Source of the DNA: a virus
Lineage: Duplodnaviria > Caudoviricetes
Direction: 5' to 3' (one strand)
IMG/VR virus record: IMGVR_UViG_3300028048_002144
DNA length: 64,000 nucleotides
A program made the translations under genes and the position numbers. The notes under the pieces are model-generated. The model was not told where the DNA came from and searched no databases. It worked only from the letters and a program-made list of their open reading frames with translations. This document shows positions 48,300 through 58,576 of the stretch, one piece after another. Position 1 is the first letter of the stretch; each line of letters opens with the position of its first letter.

Positions 48300-50732
48300 T
48301 TAGAATAAACTCTTTCTATCAGTTTTTTGTGTATTATGCTTTTTCTTATCATCTGGTTTAGTTGTAAATAACTTATACAACAGTAGATTCTGTGGGAATT
48401 CATTTACAAATGGTATAGTTACACCATCTTTTCTAATAAGTCCCTGCCCAAATGGTGATTCATCAATAAATGCTAACTGAGATTCTGATAAGTTATAATG
48501 GTCTCTCAAAATCTCAATACCAGTAGGCTTCTGCGACAGAATCATCATGAATGATGAGTTATCAAGTACACTAAATCCAGCTTCACTATTAAAGTCTACA
48601 ATACTCTGTGTAATAGCTGTTGGAACGCCATCCCACTTTCTAGCTCTTCTCCAGATTGTAGATAAGTATTCAGCAGCTGTTGGAGTCTTTAATGCGTGAT
48701 GTGCCTCATCAATATAAATACGTGTTCTCTTTCCTTTCGCAAAGTTAGCAATAATCGTATTCCAGATGTGGTCAAGGCATACCATGTATCCAGTTTCCTT
48801 TAGTCCAGATCCTAATGACTTGATATTGTATACTGTAAATCTGTTATTTACCTCAATATTTGTCTTATGAGCAAATATATCATGAGTTGTAGTATAAAGT
48901 TCAAGCTGTGCAGCCAGGTCAGGCGCATATGGGTTATTTTCACTTCTTATGGCATCAATGAAATCTATAAGTGTTGGTGAGAACTCTGGCTGACAGGTAA
49001 TACTCTTGTCCTGCAGTAATCTCATTTGTTCAAGATATGGTCTATACATCTTTACTACTGCACTAGAAATCAAACTCTGTTCTGGAAGTGTCAGTGATCT
49101 TGTTTTACCTATCATAGTATCCACTAGTGATAAGATATAATCTGATTTTACCTTTACAGGATCCAGATTAGTCTGATTATCTTCATCACCGTACTGTAAG
49201 TCCATATCGAATGGGTTCAAGAATAATGTTGAACCTTGTGCAAGTTTAATTTCTGCTCCATTAAATGCTTTTATTAATTCTGAATACTCTCCTTCAGGAT
49301 CAATAATGATAATATCATCATCTGTATTTAAGAATACACTTGCAATCTCTTGCTTTGCAGCCATTGATTTACCAGAACCAGGAGTACCAACGATAATTCC
49401 GTTAGGGTTATTTCCTTTCGTTCTATCATAGATAAGCATATTCTTTGTATTAGCATTTAATCCGTAGTAGATACCACCTTCATCCATAAGTTCTACAGAA
49501 TTAAATGGAATAAACAATGCTACGTTATCAGATGGCATTGTAAAAGGTGTGATTCCATCATCTCTACACAATGGAAGAACAGTCTTAAATCCGTCTTCCT
49601 GTCTAAATGATAATCTATCTGCCTTAATGATGAATGTATTTAATTCGGTAAGCAATGTTTGCTCATTCATATTTAATTCATCTAATGTATCAGCAGTAAT
49701 TAAGAATGTGCAACTGAATAAGAACAGCTTCTGATCTCCAGACTGTACTTCTTCGATTAATTCATTAGCTTGCTCATGTGCATACTTTAATTTTGGAGAA
49801 ATCAAATCTCCACTATATCCAGCTTTAAATGCCTGTTTTTCTGCATCAATTACGTCACCACGGATTCCAGTAGCTTTATCATTCAGCTTTTTGATAGCTT
49901 TATCCTGAGATAATGGAATAATGTTATATGATGCAACTACATTTATTGGCAGTGAAGCTATTGAACTTACAACATCAGTATTTAAAAGGCTAGGATAATT
50001 CTTTACGAATATTGTTCTCGCATATAAATTACCCATTCTAAAGTCATTGATTGAGTTGAAATAGAATCCAGATGGAGCAATGAAATCTTTAGTTGAGTCG
50101 CCACGTTTAGTTAATGTAGCGATATCTATTCTCTCGTCACCCTTGATCTCTTTATTAGTAATCATTTCCTGGATAGTCGTTAATCTATCTTCAATAGTCT
50201 GTGTTTTTACAATAGGCTTAGATGTTTTTGCAAGTCTAGTAAGCTGCTTCTTAATTTCAGAATCATTTCGACCTAACTGGATTCTTGCTTCTTCTACATC
50301 TACAGCTTCTACACCTATTACTAAGTATTTATCTGTTATGATATTATTTCTTCCAGATTTACTCTGTATTTCGAGAAGTTTATTATAATCTTCTCTATAT
50401 TCATTGTATGAATCACTTTTCATTCTGATCTTAACTTTTTGAATAGCTGTTTCGTTATCTATTGTTTTATTATGGATAACTAACTGTATTCTAGTATTAG
50501 ATGAAAACGAATTTAAAAATCTAACATAATTGTCGAAGATTTTTTCTTGTTCAACATCAGATGCAGCTGAAAAATTTATATCATCCAGCTTATATGCCTT
50601 AGTAAAGAACTGTGGTTTTGATTCGATAATACCATCATCATATATGCTGTAATATGGTATAGTCTCTTGTGCTGTTCTTGGCTTTGGTTCTTTCGCCTTT
50701 TTAGGGCTTTTTTTGATATTAACAAAACTCAT
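48300..50732 (-). CDS. virB4: VirB4-like conjugal transfer ATPase
   Basis: GTPGSGKS, IIDPEGEY, NPFD, YIDEAH, RARKW..TAITQ. Confidence 0.93.
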   Translation of the reverse strand: MSFVNIKKSPKKAKEPKPRTAQETIPYYSIYDDGIIESKPQFFTKAYKLDDINFSAASDVEQEKIFDNYVRFLNSFSSNTRIQLVIHNKTIDNETAIQKVKIRMKSDSYNEYREDYNKLLEIQSKSGRNNIITDKYLVIGVEAVDVEEARIQLGRNDSEIKKQLTRLAKTSKPIVKTQTIEDRLTTIQEMITNKEIKGDERIDIATLTKRGDSTKDFIAPSGFYFNSINDFRMGNLYARTIFVKNYPSLLNTDVVSSIASLPINVVASYNIIPLSQDKAIKKLNDKATGIRGDVIDAEKQAFKAGYSGDLISPKLKYAHEQANELIEEVQSGDQKLFLFSCTFLITADTLDELNMNEQTLLTELNTFIIKADRLSFRQEDGFKTVLPLCRDDGITPFTMPSDNVALFIPFNSVELMDEGGIYYGLNANTKNMLIYDRTKGNNPNGIIVGTPGSGKSMAAKQEIASVFLNTDDDIIIIDPEGEYSELIKAFNGAEIKLAQGSTLFLNPFDMDLQYGDEDNQTNLDPVKVKSDYILSLVDTMIGKTRSLTLPEQSLISSAVVKMYRPYLEQMRLLQDKSITCQPEFSPTLIDFIDAIRSENNPYAPDLAAQLELYTTTHDIFAHKTNIEVNNRFTVYNIKSLGSGLKETGYMVCLDHIWNTIIANFAKGKRTRIYIDEAHHALKTPTAAEYLSTIWRRARKWDGVPTAITQSIVDFNSEAGFSVLDNSSFMMILSQKPTGIEILRDHYNLSESQLAFIDESPFGQGLIRKDGVTIPFVNEFPQNLLLYKLFTTKPDDKKKHNTQKTDRKSLF

Positions 50733-51133
50733 TATTCCAATCTCCCTTTTACATTCTTAGTCATTTTCTTGTATTCTTTTAGTTCCTTCTCAGTAAAGTC
50801 CGGCAATCTATGCATGTTGTATTCAACTTCGTATGCATTGATCTTGTAATATGGTCTCTTTTTATTGAACATATTACTGATAACTATTACTAAAAATTTT
50901 TCCATTGGTATACCGTATGGTTTTTTAAAGCCACAAAAGAATATCGGTACTCCAAATATCGCTCCTACAATGAGTGAAAATACATCTATAAATACTGTTC
51001 GTAATAAAAAATAAATCGAAACAGATACTACTCCACCAAGTACCAAACAAATAAGTTCTCTTAATTTGAAAGGCCCCATAAATTTTGGTTCGTAGGAGTC
51101 AATATCTCTTATCATTTCTCGCTCTATTGACAT
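50732..51133 (-). CDS. prgI: PrgI-family protein
   Basis: DIDSYEPKFMGPFKLRELIC plus two TMs, directly upstream of virB4. Confidence 0.85.
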   Translation of the reverse strand: MSIEREMIRDIDSYEPKFMGPFKLRELICLVLGGVVSVSIYFLLRTVFIDVFSLIVGAIFGVPIFFCGFKKPYGIPMEKFLVIVISNMFNKKRPYYKINAYEVEYNMHRLPDFTEKELKEYKKMTKNVKGRLE

Positions 51134-51152
51134 AATATTTCCTTGCCTTTCT

Positions 51153-52433
51153 TTAGATTCCAAATACATCACTAGTTAACTGTGATGATTTTGCCATTAG
51201 CCCTATAGTGGTTATAGGTAAGATAAATCTCGCTACTAAAGCATCACCCGTTCCCGAGGCTGCTTCCATGATTGAACTACTTGCCATTTGTGATATAACC
51301 AGAATTAAAACTAATACTCCACCTTGTAATACTACTCCTAAGTATTTCTTCATAAATCGTACTGCTGGGGAAGACATTATTCCTCCAGAAGAGAAGAAAT
51401 CGCTTATAGCTATTGGTGCGAATATTGTGTATAAAAGAAGCTGTATAGTTCTTCCGGCTAGGAAAGCTATGCTAATAGCATTTAAAAATGCATATGCTGT
51501 TCCACCAGCTTTTAGTGATTTTGTTTTGTCTTTTATATCACCTATAGAAAATGGTGCACTTGCATATGTAGCTGTTACTTTACTTTGTGCTGCAGAATTA
51601 TTCTCTAAGATTTCAGATTTAATCTCTTTCTTTAATAAACCAGATTGAATACCAGTCTTATCTGGAGATGTATAATCTCGCATATGCTTATTGTCAATGA
51701 TACTTTTATCGCCAATCTCAACAAGGTTACTCCAACCATATCCATTAAATTCTTGTTTTAAGAGATCATTATTGAGTCGTAAGAATCCTACTCCTACCGA
51801 ATCACCATTTTTATTTCGATTAACTAGTAAAGGATATTCTGGATATTTGCCATCTTTTCTTTCCTTGCCAGTTGCTTTCCGTTTATAACTTTTTAGGGTT
51901 GAATATTCATAATCATTTCCACTACCATATTTAGCCCCTATATTTGAGTATAATACTATTTTCTCATTTGATTGGTCTGGGTTCGTAAAGCCATTTAATG
52001 CCATTTTACTTATTCCATAACCCACTTGATTTAATCCCGTAAATAGATTAAATCCTTCTATGATAAACACCATTGCCGTGATAAACTCGATTGCCGATCG
52101 GACTAACATGTGTTGCGTTAACTGATCTTTGGTTAACTTATCTATTAAGGCAAATAACCACCACATAACCGTTAATCCTACACCTACTACTGCTAATGCT
52201 TTATATGCAGGCTCACATTTTTGCCATGCACTAGATAGTGGTCCGTTCATGACATCCATATATTTTAATGCTGTAGCATATGTATCTGGGCTAGACACCT
52301 TTACATATTCATGTGAAAATTCGGCTAGTCGGTAGGCTCTTTGACAATTTAATCCAGAGCCATTAGTTATACTAGACATGGAGTTTTCATTCATTTGTTC
52401 AAATAATGAACTAAACCATTCTACTATCTTCAT
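51153..52433 (-). CDS. VirB6-like polytopic T4SS membrane protein
   Basis: GRTIQLLLYTIFAPIAIS..FMKKYLGVVLQG; position in the T4SS operon. Confidence 0.8.
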   Translation of the reverse strand: MKIVEWFSSLFEQMNENSMSSITNGSGLNCQRAYRLAEFSHEYVKVSSPDTYATALKYMDVMNGPLSSAWQKCEPAYKALAVVGVGLTVMWWLFALIDKLTKDQLTQHMLVRSAIEFITAMVFIIEGFNLFTGLNQVGYGISKMALNGFTNPDQSNEKIVLYSNIGAKYGSGNDYEYSTLKSYKRKATGKERKDGKYPEYPLLVNRNKNGDSVGVGFLRLNNDLLKQEFNGYGWSNLVEIGDKSIIDNKHMRDYTSPDKTGIQSGLLKKEIKSEILENNSAAQSKVTATYASAPFSIGDIKDKTKSLKAGGTAYAFLNAISIAFLAGRTIQLLLYTIFAPIAISDFFSSGGIMSSPAVRFMKKYLGVVLQGGVLVLILVISQMASSSIMEAASGTGDALVARFILPITTIGLMAKSSQLTSDVFGI

Positions 52434-52505
52434 TAAAAATACCTACTTCCTTATAAAATAAGGCTCCGATAATCAATAGATACCAGAGCCTTATTCCTAT
52501 TTTTC

Positions 52506-52874
52506 TTAGCTAATATACTGTGATGCTCCACCACCTACAGCATTGAAGAATGTCTTGATTACCTGTAAAATAGCAATAAGGATAATCGCAATTCCTACGT
52601 TTACTGCATTCTGCTTTGCTCTTTCACCGTTCTGTTCGTTCATTGCGGAGAACCACTGTACAATAGACATAATTCCATATACTGCTCCGACACCCTGGAC
52701 GATCATAACTGCGTAGTTTACTACTACCTTGATTCCACCTTTGATGTTAGGATCATCTGCACATACTTGCATTACTCTTAACAATGGTGTACTCAGAACT
52801 GCTGTTTCAGCCATTACTTCAAGTTCAAGCTTCTTATCAGCAATTCGGTCTTTAATTTTTGTTAAAGCTTTCAT
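52506..52874 (-). CDS. VirB2-like T4SS pilin/membrane protein
   Basis: Leader plus two TMs upstream of virB6; AAGAGG RBS before MKALT. Confidence 0.65.
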   Translation of the reverse strand: MKALTKIKDRIADKKLELEVMAETAVLSTPLLRVMQVCADDPNIKGGIKVVVNYAVMIVQGVGAVYGIMSIVQWFSAMNEQNGERAKQNAVNVGIAIILIAILQVIKTFFNAVGGGASQYIS

Positions 52875-52961
52875 GTTGTTCCTCTTTTCTTTTTCTCTGT
52901 TGCTGAGTTTCGTGCTTACTAGCACATATATATTATGACTACTTTTTTGCCATTTTTATCA

Positions 52962-53714
52962 CTACTGCGCAGGAGTAGGTATCGCATCCTTTTCCTGGAT
53001 TCCATTTACAGGAGATTCTATAATTTTGTCGTTATGTTTTATTTCAGTAAACATTGTTTTCATACCATCGTATGCTTGTTTACCGAAATCAGTTTTAGTA
53101 AATACAAAAAATCCGACTAAGAATACTACTGCTCCTACAAATAGTGTTTTGGCTAATTCTATTGCCCAACCATAATTTTTAGCTTTCTTTATAGGCGTTT
53201 CTGTATATTCGATTTTTGGTGGGATATATGATTCTTTTGGCGGTTCCTTTTTCTTGTCTTTAAGGTTTTCGCTCAGTTCTTTGATAGCATCTACTACTTC
53301 ATTATTAGATGTATTATCGTTTTTTCTTCTTTTCTTTTTATTTCCAGAAAAGCTTTTACCCATCACCATTTCGTATCTGTCTTTTAATACTTCTTTTAAA
53401 TCGGCATCTGGGCAAGTAAATTCCTGGTTATCAATGTTTACGTATATTACTCCACCAGTTTTATCAGAGTCTTCTACATAATCGTATACGACTCCTTCTT
53501 CAATTAATGCAGCTAAGACTCTTGTATATAAAGCATTTACTTCGTCTATTTTTTCAATAGGCTCATTCTTATTTATACAATCATCTTCCGTCTGCTTTTT
53601 TAGTATCATGAGATTTTTTAAAATCATCATGTAATAATGCTTTTTTTCATATAGAAGATTATTGACTGTCCCAGTCTTATTCGCTATCTCCTGCATAGAT
53701 CTCAAACCTCTCAA
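52962..53714 (-). CDS. Membrane-anchored hypothetical protein
   Basis: C-terminal TM. Confidence 0.65.
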   Translation of the reverse strand: MRGLRSMQEIANKTGTVNNLLYEKKHYYMMILKNLMILKKQTEDDCINKNEPIEKIDEVNALYTRVLAALIEEGVVYDYVEDSDKTGGVIYVNIDNQEFTCPDADLKEVLKDRYEMVMGKSFSGNKKKRRKNDNTSNNEVVDAIKELSENLKDKKKEPPKESYIPPKIEYTETPIKKAKNYGWAIELAKTLFVGAVVFLVGFFVFTKTDFGKQAYDGMKTMFTEIKHNDKIIESPVNGIQEKDAIPTPAQ

Positions 53715-54279
53715 GAATCAAATCATCTCTTTTGATCTTCTTATTATCGTCTCGCTCCTTAAACTTTGTCTGGATACTGCAAAAAGCTACAATATCATTT
53801 CCTTCTTTTAATTCGTTTGTCTTATAAAAATCGCTGTCAGCGTTATAGATTGTTACTTTGACAGTATTTTCCTTACAAGATACAGTTAAGGTCTTGATAT
53901 TATCAGTTAGTTCATTAATAGCTACAATCTGTCCAGATACCTTAACTGTGTTTTCAAATGCCTTATCAGTAGCAGGAGACTCTAAAAGGCTCTTTGCTTT
54001 CTTGATCTGATATCCACTGAATTCCTGACTGATCTTAAAAGAATTGTTATCATTGTTTTTAATCTTGATAGTTTCAATAGAACCTAGAATTTCAACTCGG
54101 TCCTTCTTCTCAAACTTTTCAGCTTCTTTTGCGTTCTCGCCAGTAAATACAACTGTAGGGAAATTAGGTACCTTCTTTGTTTTGGTGTATACCTGCATTA
54201 CTACAATTCCTGGCATCTTTTTGATGTTAGTGATTTTTCCTTTAATCACTCCCATATTCTCGTTCTTAACTCTACTCAT
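53677..54279 (-). CDS. Tandem OB-fold ssDNA-binding protein (SSB-like)
   Basis: Two repeats of N..(I/V).G.I...V...(G/C)SI(E/Q)T. Confidence 0.7.
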   Translation of the reverse strand: MSRVKNENMGVIKGKITNIKKMPGIVVMQVYTKTKKVPNFPTVVFTGENAKEAEKFEKKDRVEILGSIETIKIKNNDNNSFKISQEFSGYQIKKAKSLLESPATDKAFENTVKVSGQIVAINELTDNIKTLTVSCKENTVKVTIYNADSDFYKTNELKEGNDIVAFCSIQTKFKERDDNKKIKRDDLILERFEIYAGDSE

Positions 54280-54304
54280 TTTTCTTTTCCTCTCTTTAAT
54301 TTGA

Positions 54305-54730
54305 TTAGTTTAATAAAAAATTTGGTAATAATATAATGAAAAGCACTGCCATAATAAGTAGATATAATTTATCTTTAGTATCTACCTCTATATAGGTGCC
54401 ATCATTTACGGGTAAATATCCTATAGGAATTCCTTCTAAACGGTCATATACGTTTATTATTTGCCCTCTTTTAGTCTTTAGGGCATTTATAGGTGAATTC
54501 CCAAACAAACGTCTTCTGGTTAAGAAGATGTGGCCTTTTACCTCACCAGGAGGTAACGTATAGCCTTTTATTTGCTCAGCTTTTAAAAACGTTACCCCTC
54601 TTTTGGTTTGGGTAATAAATTTATAATCATCTTCGTCATAGCCATATTTGAAGAAATCTTCTTTAAAATTAGAATTTTCTTCTAAATATGTATTCAATAA
54701 AATTGATTTTCTCTTCTCTCTTTTTCTCAT
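54305..54730 (-). CDS. Hypothetical protein with C-terminal TM
   Basis: 141-aa ORF, AGGTG RBS. Confidence 0.6.
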   Translation of the reverse strand: MRKREKRKSILLNTYLEENSNFKEDFFKYGYDEDDYKFITQTKRGVTFLKAEQIKGYTLPPGEVKGHIFLTRRRLFGNSPINALKTKRGQIINVYDRLEGIPIGYLPVNDGTYIEVDTKDKLYLLIMAVLFIILLPNFLLN

Positions 54731-54740
54731 AGCTCACCTT

Positions 54741-56099
54741 TTAATTATCAACTCGTGTACCATCTTCATAGATTCTGAATGTGCTTGTAGATAAATCACA
54801 GTCACTATAATTATTAGTGTTCTTTAAGATGATTCGATAAAGTCCTACATCTAATCCCTCTAAAGTAATAGTCTTATTTACATTTTCCTTTAAAGTTTTT
54901 ATCTTTTTAGGCTTATCAATTGTTCCATCTTCTTTTATCTTCGCATAGTAAAGAGTTGGTTTCTTCTTATTGTCTGGATCTCTCTTTGCTCCAATAGCGA
55001 CTTTGATGGATACTTTATCAAATGCTTCATCATCACTAGTTATATTTACATCTCTATAAAGAGTAGATGTTTTATCCTGTACAGAATCGTAATCGCTATA
55101 TTCAACGTCTGGAGCATCTTCATCTTTCTTTGCAGGGTTAAATGTTTCTTCGCCCTTATCGTCATACTGGATAATAGATTCGTTTTTATTCTTTTCACCG
55201 TCTTCTGGATTTACATATTTAAAGATTCCGAAATCATTTATAGAATAATATCCGGTCTTTAAATACTCTGGGAGCTTAATCTTCATTACTCCGTCTTTTA
55301 CGAATTCATATCCTTCACATTCGAAGGTACTCTTTTCCATTGATGAGAAAATTCTAGTATCTGCCTGTACTTTCTTTACATATCGTTTAGTTCCGATATA
55401 TACTTCCATTTCATACCAGGAGTTTCTCTTTAGACCTTTTATAGTTCCACTTTTTGATACATCATCTTTAGTGATGTTCTGTTTTCCTAGTTTTGCTATA
55501 GATACTGCAGGCGGTTCATCAGCATCAGATTCAAAAGCTCCTTTAGCAAAACTCATAGTAGAACCGTTCTTAATTCCGCATCCGTCCTGCGCTTTAACTA
55601 TGTACTGATCGATATTGTCGATATTTCGATACAGTCCATAAATTCCAACACTCACTCCGTGATCATAGAAATGTTCTAGTGTTAGTTTATCTGGCAATTT
55701 TTCCTGGGATTTGAATATTAGTTCATCTCCCTTTCTCAATGTTGGTATTTTGTCGTCATTTTTAGCTAACATCCAAAATATTCTTTTACCACTTCCGATA
55801 TCAGTTGTACTTCCAGTTACAGCTCCTTCTTTGTATACTGGAGTGAAAATTTTATTTTTATAATTCTTGAATTTAGATGTATCTACAGAAATATCTGAAG
55901 CTAAATCTTTTTGCTTGGAATCATGCCATACATAATAAGCTTTATCCATTAATTCATTTGAATCATTAGTAGCAAATGAATCATCCGTTTTTAACTTTTC
56001 TGTTTCAGCATTCTTACTATTTCGTATAATAGAACATCCACTCAAGGTTCCGAGTAACAACGGGATAACTAATAACCCGCAAAGTTTTCGTTTATTCAT
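54741..56099 (-). CDS. Lipoprotein (native start 56099; the inserted element adds an in-frame GTG at 56150)
   Basis: MNKRKLCGLLVIPLLLGTLSGC lipobox. Confidence 0.8.
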   Translation of the reverse strand: MNKRKLCGLLVIPLLLGTLSGCSIIRNSKNAETEKLKTDDSFATNDSNELMDKAYYVWHDSKQKDLASDISVDTSKFKNYKNKIFTPVYKEGAVTGSTTDIGSGKRIFWMLAKNDDKIPTLRKGDELIFKSQEKLPDKLTLEHFYDHGVSVGIYGLYRNIDNIDQYIVKAQDGCGIKNGSTMSFAKGAFESDADEPPAVSIAKLGKQNITKDDVSKSGTIKGLKRNSWYEMEVYIGTKRYVKKVQADTRIFSSMEKSTFECEGYEFVKDGVMKIKLPEYLKTGYYSINDFGIFKYVNPEDGEKNKNESIIQYDDKGEETFNPAKKDEDAPDVEYSDYDSVQDKTSTLYRDVNITSDDEAFDKVSIKVAIGAKRDPDNKKKPTLYYAKIKEDGTIDKPKKIKTLKENVNKTITLEGLDVGLYRIILKNTNNYSDCDLSTSTFRIYEDGTRVDN

Positions 56100-56323
56100 A
56101 AAATTATTCAGGTGCGGAAACCCACTACCTTTAGGTGGTGGGAGGAGCACCGTCCTCCTTTCGTTATGATATAGAATCTTGTCTCTCTGTTAAAAACAGT
56201 TTTGGCTTTTCTACCAACTGTATTCTCTCGTAACGTAGTGCTAACGAATTTCTGCTGTTGCACTTAGGCTAGTCAACTTTGGGCTTCTGCAAGCCCATTC
56301 CCTTTAGGGAATGGGTAGTTGAC
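56100..56323 (-). mobile_element. Non-autonomous IS200/IS605 (IscB-type) element with truncated omegaRNA and no ORF
   Basis: GTCAACTACCC..CTAAAG..GGGCTTG..AAGCCC..GTTGACTAGCCTAAG..ACTACGTT; far-end hairpin CTCCCACCACCTAAAGGTAGTGGG; followed by ATGAA. Confidence 0.85.
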
Positions 56324-56334
56324 ATGAAACACCT

Positions 56335-56928
56335 CTAATTTAACCTGATCATGCCCTCTACATCATTAGGGTTTATATCTTCCTCGCTATCAAATTTCTT
56401 AATATGATTTAATGCCATGTTTAGCTGAGCATATTCAGCGCTTTCTGGCTGCTGATCTAAGAATATGAGTGCATTTATTTGTGATTGATATATAGCGTCT
56501 TCTTTTTCTTCGTTATTATTAGCTAAAAAGTACGCCATTTCTTTTGCATCTTGGTTCTCAAGAGTATTTACGCACTCTAATATCTTTACCCATTTAGGAA
56601 TTAAATTAATTGCATCCTGGATAAAAATTCGATATCTACTAAATGACTCTTCTAATTCAGCATTAGATAAATTTTCATTAAGAGTTTTGATCTGGATAGT
56701 TACGCCATTTTTATTCGCTTCATTTAATGGAATCGAAAGCTCTAATGGTTCTACAGAATGAATCTTGCTTTCTTTTCCATCTTCATCCTTTAATACAAAT
56801 TCTAATCGCAATTTTGAAGTGTCTTTATTACAGTACACTCTTAATATATTTCCAAATTCATCATCGTATCGGCAAACGCCTTTATCTAAAAATAGATTCT
56901 TCTTTAAAACTAACATTCTTTCCTCCAA
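56335..56928 (-). CDS. Hypothetical protein
   Basis: 197-aa ORF downstream of promoter motif; start uncertain. Confidence 0.6.
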   Translation of the reverse strand: MEERMLVLKKNLFLDKGVCRYDDEFGNILRVYCNKDTSKLRLEFVLKDEDGKESKIHSVEPLELSIPLNEANKNGVTIQIKTLNENLSNAELEESFSRYRIFIQDAINLIPKWVKILECVNTLENQDAKEMAYFLANNNEEKEDAIYQSQINALIFLDQQPESAEYAQLNMALNHIKKFDSEEDINPNDVEGMIRLN

Positions 56929-57065
56929 TTTTTGGTTGCGTATATTTTTGATATGTTGTTTAGAAATCTTTCTATATTAATTATGACAGACTGCCAAATC
57001 TACATTTGGGCATTATAAAAGCCTGTGCAAGTGGTTAACTTGCAACAGGCCCTTTATTAATATGC

Positions 57066-58559
57066 TTAATACACTCCTAAGTCTCCGAAGTTTCCCATGA
57101 AGGCTAGGAAGAATACTACCATGTCTATCATTAGTTTAGCTCCACCAAATATTTGTGGAGATAAGAATAACATGTACATACCGGCTATTGAGTTTTCATT
57201 AGCTAATCGCTCGGCTTTGTCTAACATTAAGTTATTTCGATTAATAATGTCTCGTATCTGCTGATTAACATCTCCACCAGATCCATTAGATATTGCATAG
57301 AACAACTTCATAGATGATGTTATTTCAGGCATATCAAAGAATTTCATGAATTCTATATATGGAAGTGATGCGTTAGGGTTTTCAGTTAAAGCATTACTTA
57401 ACTTGATAAGTTCTGGCTTTAATACCTCTCCAGCAGAATTAATACTCTTATACAATGCTACCTGTACGTTATTTGACTGCATAAGAAGTGCCATTTCCAT
57501 TAGCCATCTAGGGAACTGGATAGTAATTTCTTTCTTTAAGAGCTTTAATCTCTTTGCGTATACAATCTTATGTCTTAATAGAATGAATACAGCGAAGAAT
57601 GCAGCTAATACTAAAGCAAACCATTCAGCAGTATAAAAAGCTAATAATACTAAAATAATGGGAATTACTAGCATCTTTAAACTCTTCATAAATTCCGTTT
57701 TAGCATCATAGTTCATTATATACTTATAGTATCGTCTTACTTCGTTAGGGTTCATATTCTCTGTTCCTTTTAACCAGGATACAGAAATACTTTTATCTGT
57801 AAGGTAATATATAAACAAACTAGCTATGAATAATAAAGTAGATGTAACCTGTGTCAGAACCAAGTTCGAGATATTTACCTGGGATGGTAATATTCTCTCC
57901 ATGATGATACAGATGAGATATGATGTAATGATTGACATCATAATTGTCGTTTTCTTCTGTTTCTTTTCCTTCTGGAAGTCAAGTGTTCTGTCTACCCATT
58001 TAGTTCTATCAACAAGAAGAAGTTCAATAGTATCATCTACATCTCCTCCTCGTCTTTCAGCTTCAATTAGTACCTTATGTGCCTGCTTCATCTTGTTACA
58101 ATCATATTCTTTTTCGATATGATCAAGTGCAACTTCGATATTCTTATCTGTTACTAACTGCTCTGCTTCTCGGATTAACTTTCCCATTGGCCCATTTGCA
58201 AATAATGGTTCTACTTCCTTTAGAGATGTTAGTATTTTCTTATTTCCTCTGAATGAATAAAGCATTTGTTCTATATACTGAGATACATCAGAGAACTTCT
58301 GCTGTTCAAATCTCTGCTTATATGCATTCATTATAATGGCTGGTAAGAATATAAATCCGGCCATTAGAGTAATAGACATAAATGGTGGTGTTAGCTTAAA
58401 CATGAATCCAGCTACTACAGTTAAGAAGAAATATACAAGGAAAATTATAAGGATACTTTTTACGGATATCTCATATCCATAAGTCTTTACCTCTGAACTT
58501 ATATTCTTCCAACTCATATAGTGGATTAAGCTTTGTATCTTTTTCTTTAGCTTTTCCAT
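57066..58559 (-). CDS. Fused TadB/TadC-like pilus assembly platform protein
   Basis: Two T2SS-F-like halves with TMs, directly downstream of the TadA-like ATPase. Confidence 0.75.
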   Translation of the reverse strand: MEKLKKKIQSLIHYMSWKNISSEVKTYGYEISVKSILIIFLVYFFLTVVAGFMFKLTPPFMSITLMAGFIFLPAIIMNAYKQRFEQQKFSDVSQYIEQMLYSFRGNKKILTSLKEVEPLFANGPMGKLIREAEQLVTDKNIEVALDHIEKEYDCNKMKQAHKVLIEAERRGGDVDDTIELLLVDRTKWVDRTLDFQKEKKQKKTTIMMSIITSYLICIIMERILPSQVNISNLVLTQVTSTLLFIASLFIYYLTDKSISVSWLKGTENMNPNEVRRYYKYIMNYDAKTEFMKSLKMLVIPIILVLLAFYTAEWFALVLAAFFAVFILLRHKIVYAKRLKLLKKEITIQFPRWLMEMALLMQSNNVQVALYKSINSAGEVLKPELIKLSNALTENPNASLPYIEFMKFFDMPEITSSMKLFYAISNGSGGDVNQQIRDIINRNNLMLDKAERLANENSIAGMYMLFLSPQIFGGAKLMIDMVVFFLAFMGNFGDLGVY

Positions 58560-58576
58560 ATGTGGATCCTTTCTGA

